64,000 nucleotides of DNA from a virus. Its lineage: Duplodnaviria; Caudoviricetes. Shown here piece after piece: positions 1 through 11,230 of the stretch (its first letter is position 1; each line of letters opens with the position of its first letter). The notes below the pieces were generated by a model. It ran no database searches, was not told the DNA's origin, and was given only the letters and a program-made list of their open reading frames with translations. Location: the IMG/VR virus record IMGVR_UViG_3300011113_000253, positions 1-64,000 of that record; one strand, written 5' to 3'. The translations under genes and the position numbers were made by a program.

Positions 1-16
1 AGATGCACAAGAATCT

Positions 17-3000
17 ATGCATGGTGATGTAAGCACAAGCATTCACAACGATGTTTATGGTGTCATGAATGAAATACCAGCACAAGTACCATTTACAAAT
101 ACTTGGGTTGGCGGTAAACAATCTCGCCACGTTCAATTAAATACAGGTGCAGATAATTACTTATCAAGACCAGAAGCATGGAAAATAACACTTGGAACTT
201 TATTAACTGCTTCATACCAAACAGCAATTGGTTTTGTTGGCGCAGATTACCCTTACCCAGAGGGAAATCCATACGAACCATCTTATCCAGTAGTTGCACA
301 CAAAAGAGCAACTTATTTTAGAGAAGAAACAGCAAAAAGACCAGTTAATACAAGAAACATTCAAACTACTACAGGCTCTGTAGTACTTGGAAATTATCAA
401 AATACTTATGAAATACTAAGTTCGTTTGGTTCTACAAATAACAATAGAGAATTAGTAGATGCTGTTAACCCAACCAACAATACAGAGCTTTATGGTATTG
501 TTAGAACTGATGTAACAGATGGAAGAGTAGATTTTACTTTACCAACAAGACAAAGATCACAAACAATTGTTAAAAATTTATTTTCTGCTCCTGGTGATTA
601 TAGAACAAATTCAAGAGGTTATCTAAACAGGTACGCTGAAGAATTATCTCCTTATAATTCTTTGCCATTCAGAAACAAACAAATAATTGGTGATGGTTCA
701 AGAAACGCAGATGTATTAACCACAGATTCTGTACAGTATCCAGAAATTGTTTCTGGTTCAAAATTAGAATTAAACAATCTTTTAACTATACCAAGTAGTT
801 TTGGCGGTTATGTTTCTGGATCTACAACAGTTGCATCTTTCCACAAAGTCAATAGAAATCGTATCTTTACAACACAAAATACATTTAATTATGATAATGG
901 TTTTGTGTCACATCCAATACCACAAAAAGATTCTGGTTACTTATGGATTACATCATCATTAAGTGGAACTGCTGTAGACAATAATCTTGCGTTTTTTGGA
1001 AATTTCAATAGTGACATTACACTTCCAACTGGTTCCACTTCTTATGAACCAACATACTACTTTGTTTCTGCAAGTGAAATTGGAAGTTATTACGATACTC
1101 TTGGATTAACCAGAAAATTCCCAGAAAGTGTCACAGATGCTTCATTAGGTAATAGAAATCAATTTATACCAATTGATTTTGTTGGTTTAAATACACTTAT
1201 TTATGAAACTAGTTCATACACAACTTTAGGTGAAACAACAAATGATTATCAAACTTTGGTTAACATGAGTGTTGTTGGCACAGTTGATGTAATGCAAAAA
1301 CCATACATTTTTTCTGCTTTAATGCAACACAGAAATGGTCCATATGGATTTTCATCATTTAAACAAGTAAGAACTGGTGAACATAGAGTAGTTAGAAATC
1401 TTGTTAGAGATAACTATACTTCTTTGTTAGTAGAAAACTCAGATGGTACACAAACATTTATAATTCAAAAAGAACCAAACGTTTACTTTAACACACCTTT
1501 TACAGCAAAAATTAGAGACACTTTAACAAATCAAATTTTAACGTTTAAGTATTCTTATGAAAACTTATTACAAACTTTTGAACAACCAGATTTATTTAAC
1601 AACTTGTCTATTACTAATAATCAAACATTTTATGAAAAGAAAATTGCTTTCTTATTAAATAATTCAAGATACAAACTTGTTAATACAAAAGTTGGATTTT
1701 CACTTTATCCAAGAAGAAGAAATAAATCTTTATTAGAAAATAACAAGAGAATAAATTATGTATTTACAAGTTGGAGAGATTCTAGAGAAAATAGAAACAT
1801 TTCTAATTCTATTTCTCAATTTAATTACACAGTAAATAATAATACTATTTTGATACCAAAACAAAGTATTTGGCCTATGGATGCTTCCGCTTCAATAGGT
1901 GATGGTGGTGTATTGCAAAATAGCTATTCGTTAATACATAATGGTTTAACTTCTAGTATAACCGCTTCAGTCCTTTATAACTACAAGCACACTTTATTGA
2001 CTTTAGATAGTTATAAATCTAAATCACCAATTGATGCAGTATTGCAATTTTCACAATCAAGTGTAAACCCTTATCTTCAAGTATCAACTGGTTTGTTTGG
2101 TGGTACTGCTATTTGGGAGGCAGGACTTTATGGTAATAATCCATACGCAGATTCTTATGATAATTGGTACGAAAAGATCAGATCAATTGCAAAAGACTAT
2201 AGTATTATGCCAGAGTATGTTATTTCAGATGATACTAAACTTCTTGCAGCACAACAAAATAAGTTTGATGATGAATACTTAAATTCAATTACACTTACTG
2301 GTTCACAATTTAATGCTACTGCATCAATGACAGATAGTTTCGTAAATGATCTAGTTAGATCTGATTTCATTAAAGATGTTGATAAAATCAAAACTGATCT
2401 TTCAAGTATAAGCAAAACAATAAAGCTTAAATTAAATTGCGATGCAATAATTAAATTTAATGCAAAACCAGATTTGTATCCACAATACAGAACAGTTGAC
2501 ATAGCAGAAAAATTCTTAACAACAACAGAAAATTATTTATCATTTTGGACAGGTTCTGGTCCTATAGCTGCAAATACTTACACTCAAAAAAATGTTGCTT
2601 ATAGAAGTGTTTTAACGCCTTTATTTGCTCCTGGTATTCTTTATAATACAATTAAATCTGGTATTGCTGTAGACTTTCCTATTTTAACTTCTTCTCTTGA
2701 AGTAACAGGTGGTGTTTATGAAAGTGGTCTTGATAAAGATCGATTAATAAATAATAGTACATTTAACATTAGATTGCCATTTGAAACATTAGTACAACCA
2801 GAAAATTATTTAACAACTAATTTTATTGATATGGAACCAAACCCATCTGCTTCATTAGGCATTACTGGTTCATGGTCTGGTCAATACAGCAACAACCTTT
2901 ACAAGATGGCAATTAATAACTTCTTAGCAGAAAGTATTAATTTCTTCTTACCAGATGGAAAATTAACAACACTTTATTCAAAACCAGAAAGTGAATTTGG

Positions 3001-4762
3001 TTTAGTAGACCCAACAAAAACTTATCAAGCGTTAGTTAAAATTTATAAAACTGCTGATAATAATAAAATTTTTGATTATGATTATGGTGATTCATTAGGC
3101 AATACTTCTTATGCTACAAGAGGCAAGTATGCAAAACCACAATTACCAAGCACATCTAAAGAGACTATTACTATGTACTCAAGACCATCTGCGTTTGGTC
3201 CTCCATGTGCTGGTGGTGAAAAAGGAACTACTGGGTTTACTAAAGGCATTGTAGATTCTTCAAATGGGTACAATCCAGCATTTACTCCTCCATACTACGA
3301 CGGTTCATCTTGGGCAATTCTTACATTTAAACCAAGCGGATCTGTTTCATACAAACCAACATTAAATGAAATAATAAACAACATTACTGCTTCATACATA
3401 AGATTTGAAATGATTAGTGGAACTGTTGGAACTTCTGGTCCGTATTCAAGTGCAAATTTGAATACAAATTCAATGCAAGTATCAGCATCTTTGAATTTGT
3501 TTAACATTGTTAATACAAATCAAGTTGACTTGTCTACAATTGATGCAACAAACGTTCAGCCAAATTCAAGACTTTGGGCAATACAAACTAAATTTGAAAC
3601 ACCAATCTTGGACTTCAATCCATCTAATACTGGTGCAACAATAACATCTGGTTCACAAATACCAACAATAGGTATGTGGCATCAAATAGGTCAAATACCA
3701 GAAGATGATAAAGGAATTTATTTACAAATTACTGATGTTCCAAGATCTTACTTGGTATACGGAACAAACGGTGTATCCTTAGATGTACAAGCCTCAGCAA
3801 ATACATTTAATACATCACCACAACTAACTGGCTCTCTTTGCGACATTGTTGGATTCTCAAAACAAGAAGTCAAGTTGGGACAAGTTGCAAACGAAAAAAC
3901 AATTAAAGAAGCAGTAGTTGCAATTCCTTATGTTAATGTATTAAACCAAAGAAGATTTATTAATTTACCAAATAATGCTGTAACTTATGTACAAAATACA
4001 TTTTTTGGTATGAGCAAAGAAATAGAGCAAACAGAAACCGAAATTCTTTCATCAGTACCAGAAACTGTTAGAAATCAATTAAGGGCAATGAAAGAATACG
4101 TTATTCCTCCAAACTTTGATTTTGTAAATAACGATAAAGTAAATCCAATTGCAATGTACTTCTTTGAATTTAGTTACAAACTAACACAACAAGATTTGGT
4201 AAACATTTGGCAAGGTATGCAACCAAACATTTCAGTTGAATTTGAAAAACAATCTTCAATTATTGAACATGAAATAAATCAAAATGAATTTATTAATTTA
4301 GACAACTTAAGTGAAAAACTTGAATGGTTAGTGTTTAAGGTTAAGCAAAAAGCAAAAACTAATTACTTTGATCAAGTATTCCAATCAATAAAAGAAAAGA
4401 ATAAAGATAAGATCAATAACTTACTTAAACTTGGAAGAAACAATAAATTTAACATTACTTCATTGGAGTCAATGCCACAATACACTTACAACTGGCCTTA
4501 CGATTATTTCTCACTTGTAGAGTTAGCTAAGATTGATGCAAAATTAGAATTTGAAAATCTAGATACAGATCCTGCTTCAATTACAAATGTAAGCAATAAA
4601 ACTCTTAAAGAAATTAGTGAGCAACCAAAAAGAAATCTTAATAAGATTGTTGAATCATCTACCGACAATGCAACTCAATTACTAACTAACGTTTCTACAC
4701 AAACAATAAGACCAGCATCATCAGCAGGAGATGCTTCAAGATTAAAAAGGAATAGAACATAA
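17..4762 (+). CDS. very large virion/baseplate-region structural protein (probably 5' truncated by window)
   Basis: 1581+ aa ORF, frame open from base 2. S/T/G/N-rich with many TGS/SGS/SAS motifs; lies ahead of baseplate-like genes. Confidence 0.6.
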   Translation: MHGDVSTSIHNDVYGVMNEIPAQVPFTNTWVGGKQSRHVQLNTGADNYLSRPEAWKITLGTLLTASYQTAIGFVGADYPYPEGNPYEPSYPVVAHKRATYFREETAKRPVNTRNIQTTTGSVVLGNYQNTYEILSSFGSTNNNRELVDAVNPTNNTELYGIVRTDVTDGRVDFTLPTRQRSQTIVKNLFSAPGDYRTNSRGYLNRYAEELSPYNSLPFRNKQIIGDGSRNADVLTTDSVQYPEIVSGSKLELNNLLTIPSSFGGYVSGSTTVASFHKVNRNRIFTTQNTFNYDNGFVSHPIPQKDSGYLWITSSLSGTAVDNNLAFFGNFNSDITLPTGSTSYEPTYYFVSASEIGSYYDTLGLTRKFPESVTDASLGNRNQFIPIDFVGLNTLIYETSSYTTLGETTNDYQTLVNMSVVGTVDVMQKPYIFSALMQHRNGPYGFSSFKQVRTGEHRVVRNLVRDNYTSLLVENSDGTQTFIIQKEPNVYFNTPFTAKIRDTLTNQILTFKYSYENLLQTFEQPDLFNNLSITNNQTFYEKKIAFLLNNSRYKLVNTKVGFSLYPRRRNKSLLENNKRINYVFTSWRDSRENRNISNSISQFNYTVNNNTILIPKQSIWPMDASASIGDGGVLQNSYSLIHNGLTSSITASVLYNYKHTLLTLDSYKSKSPIDAVLQFSQSSVNPYLQVSTGLFGGTAIWEAGLYGNNPYADSYDNWYEKIRSIAKDYSIMPEYVISDDTKLLAAQQNKFDDEYLNSITLTGSQFNATASMTDSFVNDLVRSDFIKDVDKIKTDLSSISKTIKLKLNCDAIIKFNAKPDLYPQYRTVDIAEKFLTTTENYLSFWTGSGPIAANTYTQKNVAYRSVLTPLFAPGILYNTIKSGIAVDFPILTSSLEVTGGVYESGLDKDRLINNSTFNIRLPFETLVQPENYLTTNFIDMEPNPSASLGITGSWSGQYSNNLYKMAINNFLAESINFFLPDGKLTTLYSKPESEFGLVDPTKTYQALVKIYKTADNNKIFDYDYGDSLGNTSYATRGKYAKPQLPSTSKETITMYSRPSAFGPPCAGGEKGTTGFTKGIVDSSNGYNPAFTPPYYDGSSWAILTFKPSGSVSYKPTLNEIINNITASYIRFEMISGTVGTSGPYSSANLNTNSMQVSASLNLFNIVNTNQVDLSTIDATNVQPNSRLWAIQTKFETPILDFNPSNTGATITSGSQIPTIGMWHQIGQIPEDDKGIYLQITDVPRSYLVYGTNGVSLDVQASANTFNTSPQLTGSLCDIVGFSKQEVKLGQVANEKTIKEAVVAIPYVNVLNQRRFINLPNNAVTYVQNTFFGMSKEIEQTETEILSSVPETVRNQLRAMKEYVIPPNFDFVNNDKVNPIAMYFFEFSYKLTQQDLVNIWQGMQPNISVEFEKQSSIIEHEINQNEFINLDNLSEKLEWLVFKVKQKAKTNYFDQVFQSIKEKNKDKINNLLKLGRNNKFNITSLESMPQYTYNWPYDYFSLVELAKIDAKLEFENLDTDPASITNVSNKTLKEISEQPKRNLNKIVESSTDNATQLLTNVSTQTIRPASSAGDASRLKRNRT

Positions 4763-5742
4763 TGTCTTTTTTTGACTCCAAAGAAGAAGTAATAAATCTT
4801 GAACTTACAAGTTATGGTAAACTTTTATTATCAAAAGGTCTATTAAAACCAGAGTATTATTCCTTTCATGATGAAGACGTACTTTATGATGTATCTTATT
4901 CTAATTTGCAAGAAAATGCTGGTGTTGCTGAAGTAAGAATACAAGAACAAACAATTTATGTAAAACCAATTTATAATTTTGTATCTCCAACGCCTTTAAT
5001 ACAAAAAGCACTAAACCAAGACAATTATTTGAAAAGTATTAATAACCTTAATGAATACAAAGTAGACTATTTTGATAATTCATTAGGAGTATCAAGTATT
5101 TACAATCTTTATGCTCCAGCGTGGAACATAAAAAATCTTTCAACTGTATTTGTTTCGTCAAGTAACAATTTTTCTAATACAAATCTAAGAATACCACAGT
5201 TTGAATGTATTCTAACCGCATCATTTATTAAAACTACAGAAGATAAATTAAACCAAGATCAACAGTTAGCAGAACTAGTTTCCTCTAAACTTAATGCTGT
5301 GTTTCTTGAAGATGGAACTGTTTATTTTAATGATTTTGAAGAGTTAGTAATTAAAATGGAAGAATTAAATACTGATGCAGATTTCGATAAATTTGAAATA
5401 GAAATTTTTAAAGTTCAAACAAATAATGATGGTACTGAATCGTATGAAATTATGAAACTACCAAAAGAATTAAATTTTGTTGACGATAATGGATTACTAC
5501 AAAACTTATCAGCTTTAAACTTACAAGAAATTATAGATGATAGTTATGCGACTAAATTTTTTGATGTTTTGGTGGACAAAGAAATTAATGATGAGATTGC
5601 ATGTAAGCACATTTTATTATCTACACAAAATCAAGACGCAATCTTTAATGACATAACTATTTGTGATAATGTTAATGTTAAATACAAAACAAATGATCTC
5701 TACAGAATAATTAATGATAGAGCAACAGGAAGAAACTGCTAA
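4762..5742 (+). CDS. putative baseplate/virion structural protein
   Basis: N-terminus (INLELTSYGKLLLSKG..YYSFHDEDVLY) resembles that of 10295 (ILDAVLTDTGRLRLAKG..FAFGDDEINY); TAATG coupling to the upstream gene. Confidence 0.55.
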   Translation: MSFFDSKEEVINLELTSYGKLLLSKGLLKPEYYSFHDEDVLYDVSYSNLQENAGVAEVRIQEQTIYVKPIYNFVSPTPLIQKALNQDNYLKSINNLNEYKVDYFDNSLGVSSIYNLYAPAWNIKNLSTVFVSSSNNFSNTNLRIPQFECILTASFIKTTEDKLNQDQQLAELVSSKLNAVFLEDGTVYFNDFEELVIKMEELNTDADFDKFEIEIFKVQTNNDGTESYEIMKLPKELNFVDDNGLLQNLSALNLQEIIDDSYATKFFDVLVDKEINDEIACKHILLSTQNQDAIFNDITICDNVNVKYKTNDLYRIINDRATGRNC

Positions 5743-5743
5743 A

Positions 5744-7864
5744 ATGCCTTCAATAATAAAAACAGAAAACGAACTTTTACCACAATTAAAAATAACAAGT
5801 TTATTATTGGGTCAAGGCGAAACAAATAATTCTAATTTAGTTAGCGTTTTAGAAGATACTAATAATTTGTATTTAGAAGTAAATGTTGAAACTATAAACA
5901 ATGTAACATCGCTTGATCAAATAGTACAAGATAACGAGTATTATAAATACATTCAAATAAGTGTATCAGTTGAACCACAACCAGTATCTACTACGCCAAT
6001 CAGAAAGAATCTATTAAACAGTAGTGGTGAAATAAATTTACAAAACAAGTTTGTGTTAAAAAACATAAACTCTGATACTTTTTCTTTAAAAATAGAACAA
6101 AGTTTTGATTTTGATTCGTTCGCATCAGACAATAAAATTAGTTTAGAACAAAAACAATTATTAATAAACGTTTACGGACAAACACAATCAATAACTTATC
6201 CAATTTTACTAAACAAAAAAATAATTAAAACATTTGATAATGGTGAAAATTCAATTTTAATTGATAAAAGATTTTTAGATGGTTTAGACGTATTTCAAGA
6301 TAATTTACAATTTAATAAAATTGAAAGAACAAACACAAGTTATTTTGGTGATAATTTTTATCAAACACATAATAATCAAAATTTAACTTCTTTTATAATT
6401 TTTGATTATGAATCTTTTTTAAGAGAAACAAGTTTCTTTACAGAAAATGCATTACAAAATTATTCATACACAATTGAAGTAGTAAAGAATAATAGCATAG
6501 TTGATGTTATTAGTGTATCTTTTGATAGTAATACTGTTTCTTTCTTTAGTAAGAAATCGGTATCTGTGTTACACAAAACAAATCCTTCTTTGTTTATTTC
6601 TGTTAATGAGCAAATGGATTCGTTGAGTGAAACAACTACAAATACTTATAAGCTAAACGTAACAAATAAAGATAAAACATTTATTAATTTTTATAATAGA
6701 TTAGATAATACAGGGGAATTTGTTGATCTTAGAAATTCTTACGATCAGTTAAAAAATGTAATCAAGTTTGCAACAACCAGAATGGATCAAACAAAAAACA
6801 TTTATTATTTAGATCCAGTAACATTAAAGTTTCAAGAAGATTTTATTTTATTTTATCAACAAAAAGAAAATTATTTTAATTCTACATTTAATTCTTTTAA
6901 AATAAACATAAACATAAATGAATTTATAACTTCTATTTTTAGAGTTTATAATAAATTTTCTAACAATACAATTACTCAAGAGCAAATAGAAGATGTGGTT
7001 AATTTACTTGTACTACAAAATACAACTTATGATCTATGGCAAAGAATGTTTAATACCTTAGATAAATTGTTCAGCACTTTAGAAAATTTTCTATACAACA
7101 TTACTATAACTCCATCAATTACAAGAAGTAAAAGTTTCATTAAAAAAGTTACAAAAAGCAATTATTATTATTCAATAAGTAATTTTAACTCATACGATTT
7201 ATTTCCAAAAGTTTCATACGAACAAGTTTCTAATTCTTACCTACAAAATGAACCTTCAGGTTTAGCACAATTTTTTACATTTAAAACAGTTACTTATAAA
7301 AATGAAAACAACATTCAATTTGATAGTCCAACGTATAATGCTATAAATGCTTATTTAAACACAAAATTAAAAATTAATAGTAAACAAATAAGTGATTCAA
7401 GTTTATTAGGATTTACAAACTTAGAACCATTTGGAGTAGATGTTATAGAACAAGATCAGCAAGCAGAAGCAAACAATCCTATTAAATCTAATTCACTTTT
7501 GAATCCAATTTCTACTGCTAAAAATTCTAAAACATCAAACAATTATTTAAATTTAAATAAAATAAAAGATTTAGATAATAATACAAAATTTGCAATCAGC
7601 AATACAAATAAAATGTTACTTGGCTTATCGAGTGGTAAAATTACAGATACATTATCATTAAATTCATTATTTCCAAAGCTTGCATTTAGTAGGTTTAATT
7701 ATAGTTTAAATAGATTTGAACTTATTGAAGATTTATCAACACTAATAAACAATGATTTAATAAAATTAGAAGTTATTCAAGAACCAGAAATCTTTTCAAC
7801 AAACAATGTAGGTATAGAACAAATAGATTTAGTAAATACTTATTTCATAATAGATGGAGTTTAA
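5744..7864 (+). CDS. hypothetical protein (virion region, Asn-rich)
   Basis: Long ORF; ATG at 5744 follows the upstream stop and is preferred over 5714. Confidence 0.6.
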   Translation: MPSIIKTENELLPQLKITSLLLGQGETNNSNLVSVLEDTNNLYLEVNVETINNVTSLDQIVQDNEYYKYIQISVSVEPQPVSTTPIRKNLLNSSGEINLQNKFVLKNINSDTFSLKIEQSFDFDSFASDNKISLEQKQLLINVYGQTQSITYPILLNKKIIKTFDNGENSILIDKRFLDGLDVFQDNLQFNKIERTNTSYFGDNFYQTHNNQNLTSFIIFDYESFLRETSFFTENALQNYSYTIEVVKNNSIVDVISVSFDSNTVSFFSKKSVSVLHKTNPSLFISVNEQMDSLSETTTNTYKLNVTNKDKTFINFYNRLDNTGEFVDLRNSYDQLKNVIKFATTRMDQTKNIYYLDPVTLKFQEDFILFYQQKENYFNSTFNSFKINININEFITSIFRVYNKFSNNTITQEQIEDVVNLLVLQNTTYDLWQRMFNTLDKLFSTLENFLYNITITPSITRSKSFIKKVTKSNYYYSISNFNSYDLFPKVSYEQVSNSYLQNEPSGLAQFFTFKTVTYKNENNIQFDSPTYNAINAYLNTKLKINSKQISDSSLLGFTNLEPFGVDVIEQDQQAEANNPIKSNSLLNPISTAKNSKTSNNYLNLNKIKDLDNNTKFAISNTNKMLLGLSSGKITDTLSLNSLFPKLAFSRFNYSLNRFELIEDLSTLINNDLIKLEVIQEPEIFSTNNVGIEQIDLVNTYFIIDGV

Positions 7865-7866
7865 TA

Positions 7867-10263
7867 ATGTCATTAAAAAGTAAAAATGTTATTAGTAATT
7901 TTACTGGAAACTCTGTCACACTTAAAAATCAACAAAGTTTTGATAAATTAGATGAACTAATGTCAAATGTTGGGTTACCACCTTACACTTTATTAACTGA
8001 AATTAATAATCTTCTTAGATCTGGTAATGCTACTACTATTGAGGATCTAGAGTCTACTCTAAATGTTTTACCTTTACAAGAAATAGATACAAACATCCAA
8101 CTAGTTTATGGCCTTACTGGCCTAAATGACGCTGTTTGTATTGCTAATGGCAATTATTTTATAAACAACATTGCATCAAACAGACTTGATAAAAACAATC
8201 TTTCATCTTATGCGTTTTCATTTTTTGAAGTTAATGTAGAAACCCAAACAACTATTTCAATAAATACTAATAAATTTCTTGGATTTATAGAAAAATACTT
8301 ACCAAAATTAAACCAATTTGTTTTGTTAACTAATAGAAGTGAAGCATTTATTAATTTATTAAAAACACTTTTTATGTATTCATTAAATAAAATTGCTATA
8401 AACAATACTAATGTAAATTATTGTGTATACGAAACAAATTTAAGAGAAAAGAAAAACACAAATAATAATTCTTATTTCTATGATGTAAAACCACAATACA
8501 ATTTTTATTTAAAAAATTATGAAAGCGTATTTAATGAAAACTTTTCCTATACCAACATGATACCAAATTATTATGCTGTTAACAGTTATTTAATTGATAA
8601 TAATCAAAATGTTGAAAGTCATTTAAGTTTAGGAAGAAGAGTACCTGTAACAAAGAAAAATGTATTATCACAAGAGTATTTTACTAATCTATCTAATAAC
8701 ATTAAAACAAATTTAGGAGATGATGCGTTTTTAAATACATACTCTAGTATCTTTAATAACGTTTTATTAGATTCAACTTCTTATTCTACAAATCAAATCT
8801 CTACAGAAAACTTTCCATATGTTAATGAATTTACATTTTTTAATGATACTAACCCAATCTCGACTTTTTTAATTAACAACAGCCTAGAGTTATTAACGTT
8901 AAATAATTGCTATTCTTCTCTTTATGGAATTGGTAGTAACTCAACTTTATTTAGTATACAAACAACAGATGTTCAGCAAACAGTAGATACAACTGGTCAA
9001 TTTCTTTCTGTAAATGGTACAAGATACAACAACACTTATACAAATAAATTAGAAAATAAAAATACTCAAAACACAACTTTCAACCAAATTTATAATTTTT
9101 TAATAACTTCCCCTTATGGATTTGAAGTAAAAAATAATAATGCATTTAAATTCGATAATAATTTCACCAACCTAGAGGGTCCAAAAAATTTATTTAGATT
9201 TGCAAAGTTAAATAATTTATTTTTTGATTTATACAAAGAGTACAATGATTACACTTATGTTAAAAATTTACAAAATTTAAGAGCAGATACCGTATGTTAT
9301 TTTGTTGAAAAATTATTAGAAACAAATAGTGTATTGCAAACAGTTGGTTTAACAACCGAGCAAAGTGACCAAATAGTTTATAAAGACACACAAATACCTT
9401 ATAATAAAAATCTTATTTATAATGTGTATTCAATTGATTCAATACCAACAATTAATTTATCTTACGAAAATGTTTTAAATTATTATACAGAATTAAAATT
9501 AAACATTATTACTAATGTTGAGTATAAATTTTATAAAAATCTTTTATTTACAACTCAAGCAAAAGTAACAGATTCAGCACCAGTTTTTCCATTAGTTAAT
9601 TTTGTTCCATACAGAAACATTAATTCTGTTGTGACTATTTTATTTAATGCTACAAGTGCGACAATTAGAGAACATCCAATACCAATTTTACAAGATGATT
9701 TAAATCAATTTATTGAATTACAGAAAAAAGAATCAGAACAAGATGGAAAGATAATTTTTCAAAGTGATGATTTAATTGATAGAGTTCAAATTTTTAGAAC
9801 AACTACCAAACCAACATCATACTCAGATTTTTCTAATTCATTATTTCAAGAAGTATCTTTTAATAATTTATCTGCTGCTTCTTATCTTATGAATGTAGAA
9901 CCAAATCTTAAATACTATTTAACATTTAGAAGTATAGATGTTCATGGACTTTTATCAAATCCAACTGAAGTTTTTGAATTAGAATCTATTTCTAATAGTG
10001 GTGCTAATTATTTTGTAATAAACACTATTAATTTATTTAATAATCAAAATTTTAATTTTAGTAAAAATTTAAGAAAGTATTTAAGTATCTCTCCATCATT
10101 TGATTATTCTCAAGTTAATCTATTAGATAATAATCAAATTAAATTTGGAAATGATGATAAATTATGGGGACAAAAATTTAAAATTAGAGTAACATCTAAG
10201 AAAAGCGGAAAAGCATTTGATCTAAACATAAAATACATAAAAAATGAAATAGATTTAACATAA
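7867..10263 (+). CDS. hypothetical virion protein, possible C-terminal Fn3/Ig-like beta domain
   Basis: 798 aa ORF; C-terminal VEPNLKYYLTFRSIDVHGLLSNPT resembles Fn3 strand F-G patterns. Confidence 0.5.
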   Translation: MSLKSKNVISNFTGNSVTLKNQQSFDKLDELMSNVGLPPYTLLTEINNLLRSGNATTIEDLESTLNVLPLQEIDTNIQLVYGLTGLNDAVCIANGNYFINNIASNRLDKNNLSSYAFSFFEVNVETQTTISINTNKFLGFIEKYLPKLNQFVLLTNRSEAFINLLKTLFMYSLNKIAINNTNVNYCVYETNLREKKNTNNNSYFYDVKPQYNFYLKNYESVFNENFSYTNMIPNYYAVNSYLIDNNQNVESHLSLGRRVPVTKKNVLSQEYFTNLSNNIKTNLGDDAFLNTYSSIFNNVLLDSTSYSTNQISTENFPYVNEFTFFNDTNPISTFLINNSLELLTLNNCYSSLYGIGSNSTLFSIQTTDVQQTVDTTGQFLSVNGTRYNNTYTNKLENKNTQNTTFNQIYNFLITSPYGFEVKNNNAFKFDNNFTNLEGPKNLFRFAKLNNLFFDLYKEYNDYTYVKNLQNLRADTVCYFVEKLLETNSVLQTVGLTTEQSDQIVYKDTQIPYNKNLIYNVYSIDSIPTINLSYENVLNYYTELKLNIITNVEYKFYKNLLFTTQAKVTDSAPVFPLVNFVPYRNINSVVTILFNATSATIREHPIPILQDDLNQFIELQKKESEQDGKIIFQSDDLIDRVQIFRTTTKPTSYSDFSNSLFQEVSFNNLSAASYLMNVEPNLKYYLTFRSIDVHGLLSNPTEVFELESISNSGANYFVINTINLFNNQNFNFSKNLRKYLSISPSFDYSQVNLLDNNQIKFGNDDKLWGQKFKIRVTSKKSGKAFDLNIKYIKNEIDLT

Positions 10264-10265
10264 TA

Positions 10266-10275
10266 AACTATTTAC
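10266..10275 (+). promoter_or_regulatory. putative late promoter (AACTATTTA)
   Basis: Recurrent intergenic CTATTTA motif; GAGGA RBS and ATG 10295 follow. Confidence 0.6.
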
Positions 10276-10294
10276 AAAAAGAGGAAACTAAACA

Positions 10295-11212
10295 ATGGCG
10301 TTTTTGGATAATAGCGGCGACATAATACTTGACGCAGTTTTAACAGATACAGGAAGACTTAGATTAGCAAAAGGAGATGGTAGTTTTAGAATTACACAAT
10401 TTGCTTTTGGTGATGATGAAATAAACTATGGTCTTTACAATAAGAATCATCCATCTGGTTCTGCTTATTATGATTTAGAAATCCTTCAAAGCCCAATACT
10501 TGAAGCTTTTACAAATAATACATCAGTTCTTAAATACCAATTAATTTCTAATAACAGAACAGACTTGTTATTCCTCCCAGTAGCAAAATTAAACACTATC
10601 TTAAATCCATTTAGTACAGGATACTCAAGTTACTTTGTAGTGTCAAATACTACTACAAGAGATGCAATACAAAATAGTTCTGTTGGATTCCTAGATGGTG
10701 TAACAAATACACCACAATTTTTACCAATTAGTGTAGATCAAGGTTTAGATTCTAATCAAACAGATAGAACAAAAAATTTAGTAGAAACAGATTCTACATT
10801 GTATGAATCCCAATACTCTATTGAAGTTAATTACAATCTTTTAAGATTAAGAATTGGAAATCAACTTCTTGAACCTACCTCAATTGATGATGATGGGTTT
10901 GCAATTTATGTATTAGATGAAAACATAAATACTTCTGCAATCACACAATTACAACCTGGAGAAGTGTATGCACCAAATCAATGCTCCACAGTTCTAAATG
11001 GCACAGTAGGAAGTAGATTATCATTAAACCTTTTATGTTCAACACAAGTACAAATAGGAACAGAAATTTTCACAAGACTTGGTGGAACATTTAACGGAGC
11101 AAGTGTAGGACTTAATGCAGCAACCTATTACATAGATACAGCCATAACTGTAAAAGGATTAACTACTGGAGTATCTACAACAGTACCATTAAAGATAGTT
11201 AAAAATCCATAA
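10295..11212 (+). CDS. putative baseplate/virion structural protein
   Basis: MAFLDNSGDIILDAVLTDTGR...FAFGDDEINY N-terminus typical of large myophage baseplate-region proteins. Confidence 0.6.
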   Translation: MAFLDNSGDIILDAVLTDTGRLRLAKGDGSFRITQFAFGDDEINYGLYNKNHPSGSAYYDLEILQSPILEAFTNNTSVLKYQLISNNRTDLLFLPVAKLNTILNPFSTGYSSYFVVSNTTTRDAIQNSSVGFLDGVTNTPQFLPISVDQGLDSNQTDRTKNLVETDSTLYESQYSIEVNYNLLRLRIGNQLLEPTSIDDDGFAIYVLDENINTSAITQLQPGEVYAPNQCSTVLNGTVGSRLSLNLLCSTQVQIGTEIFTRLGGTFNGASVGLNAATYYIDTAITVKGLTTGVSTTVPLKIVKNP

Positions 11213-11230
11213 TTAATTAAGGAATAAAAA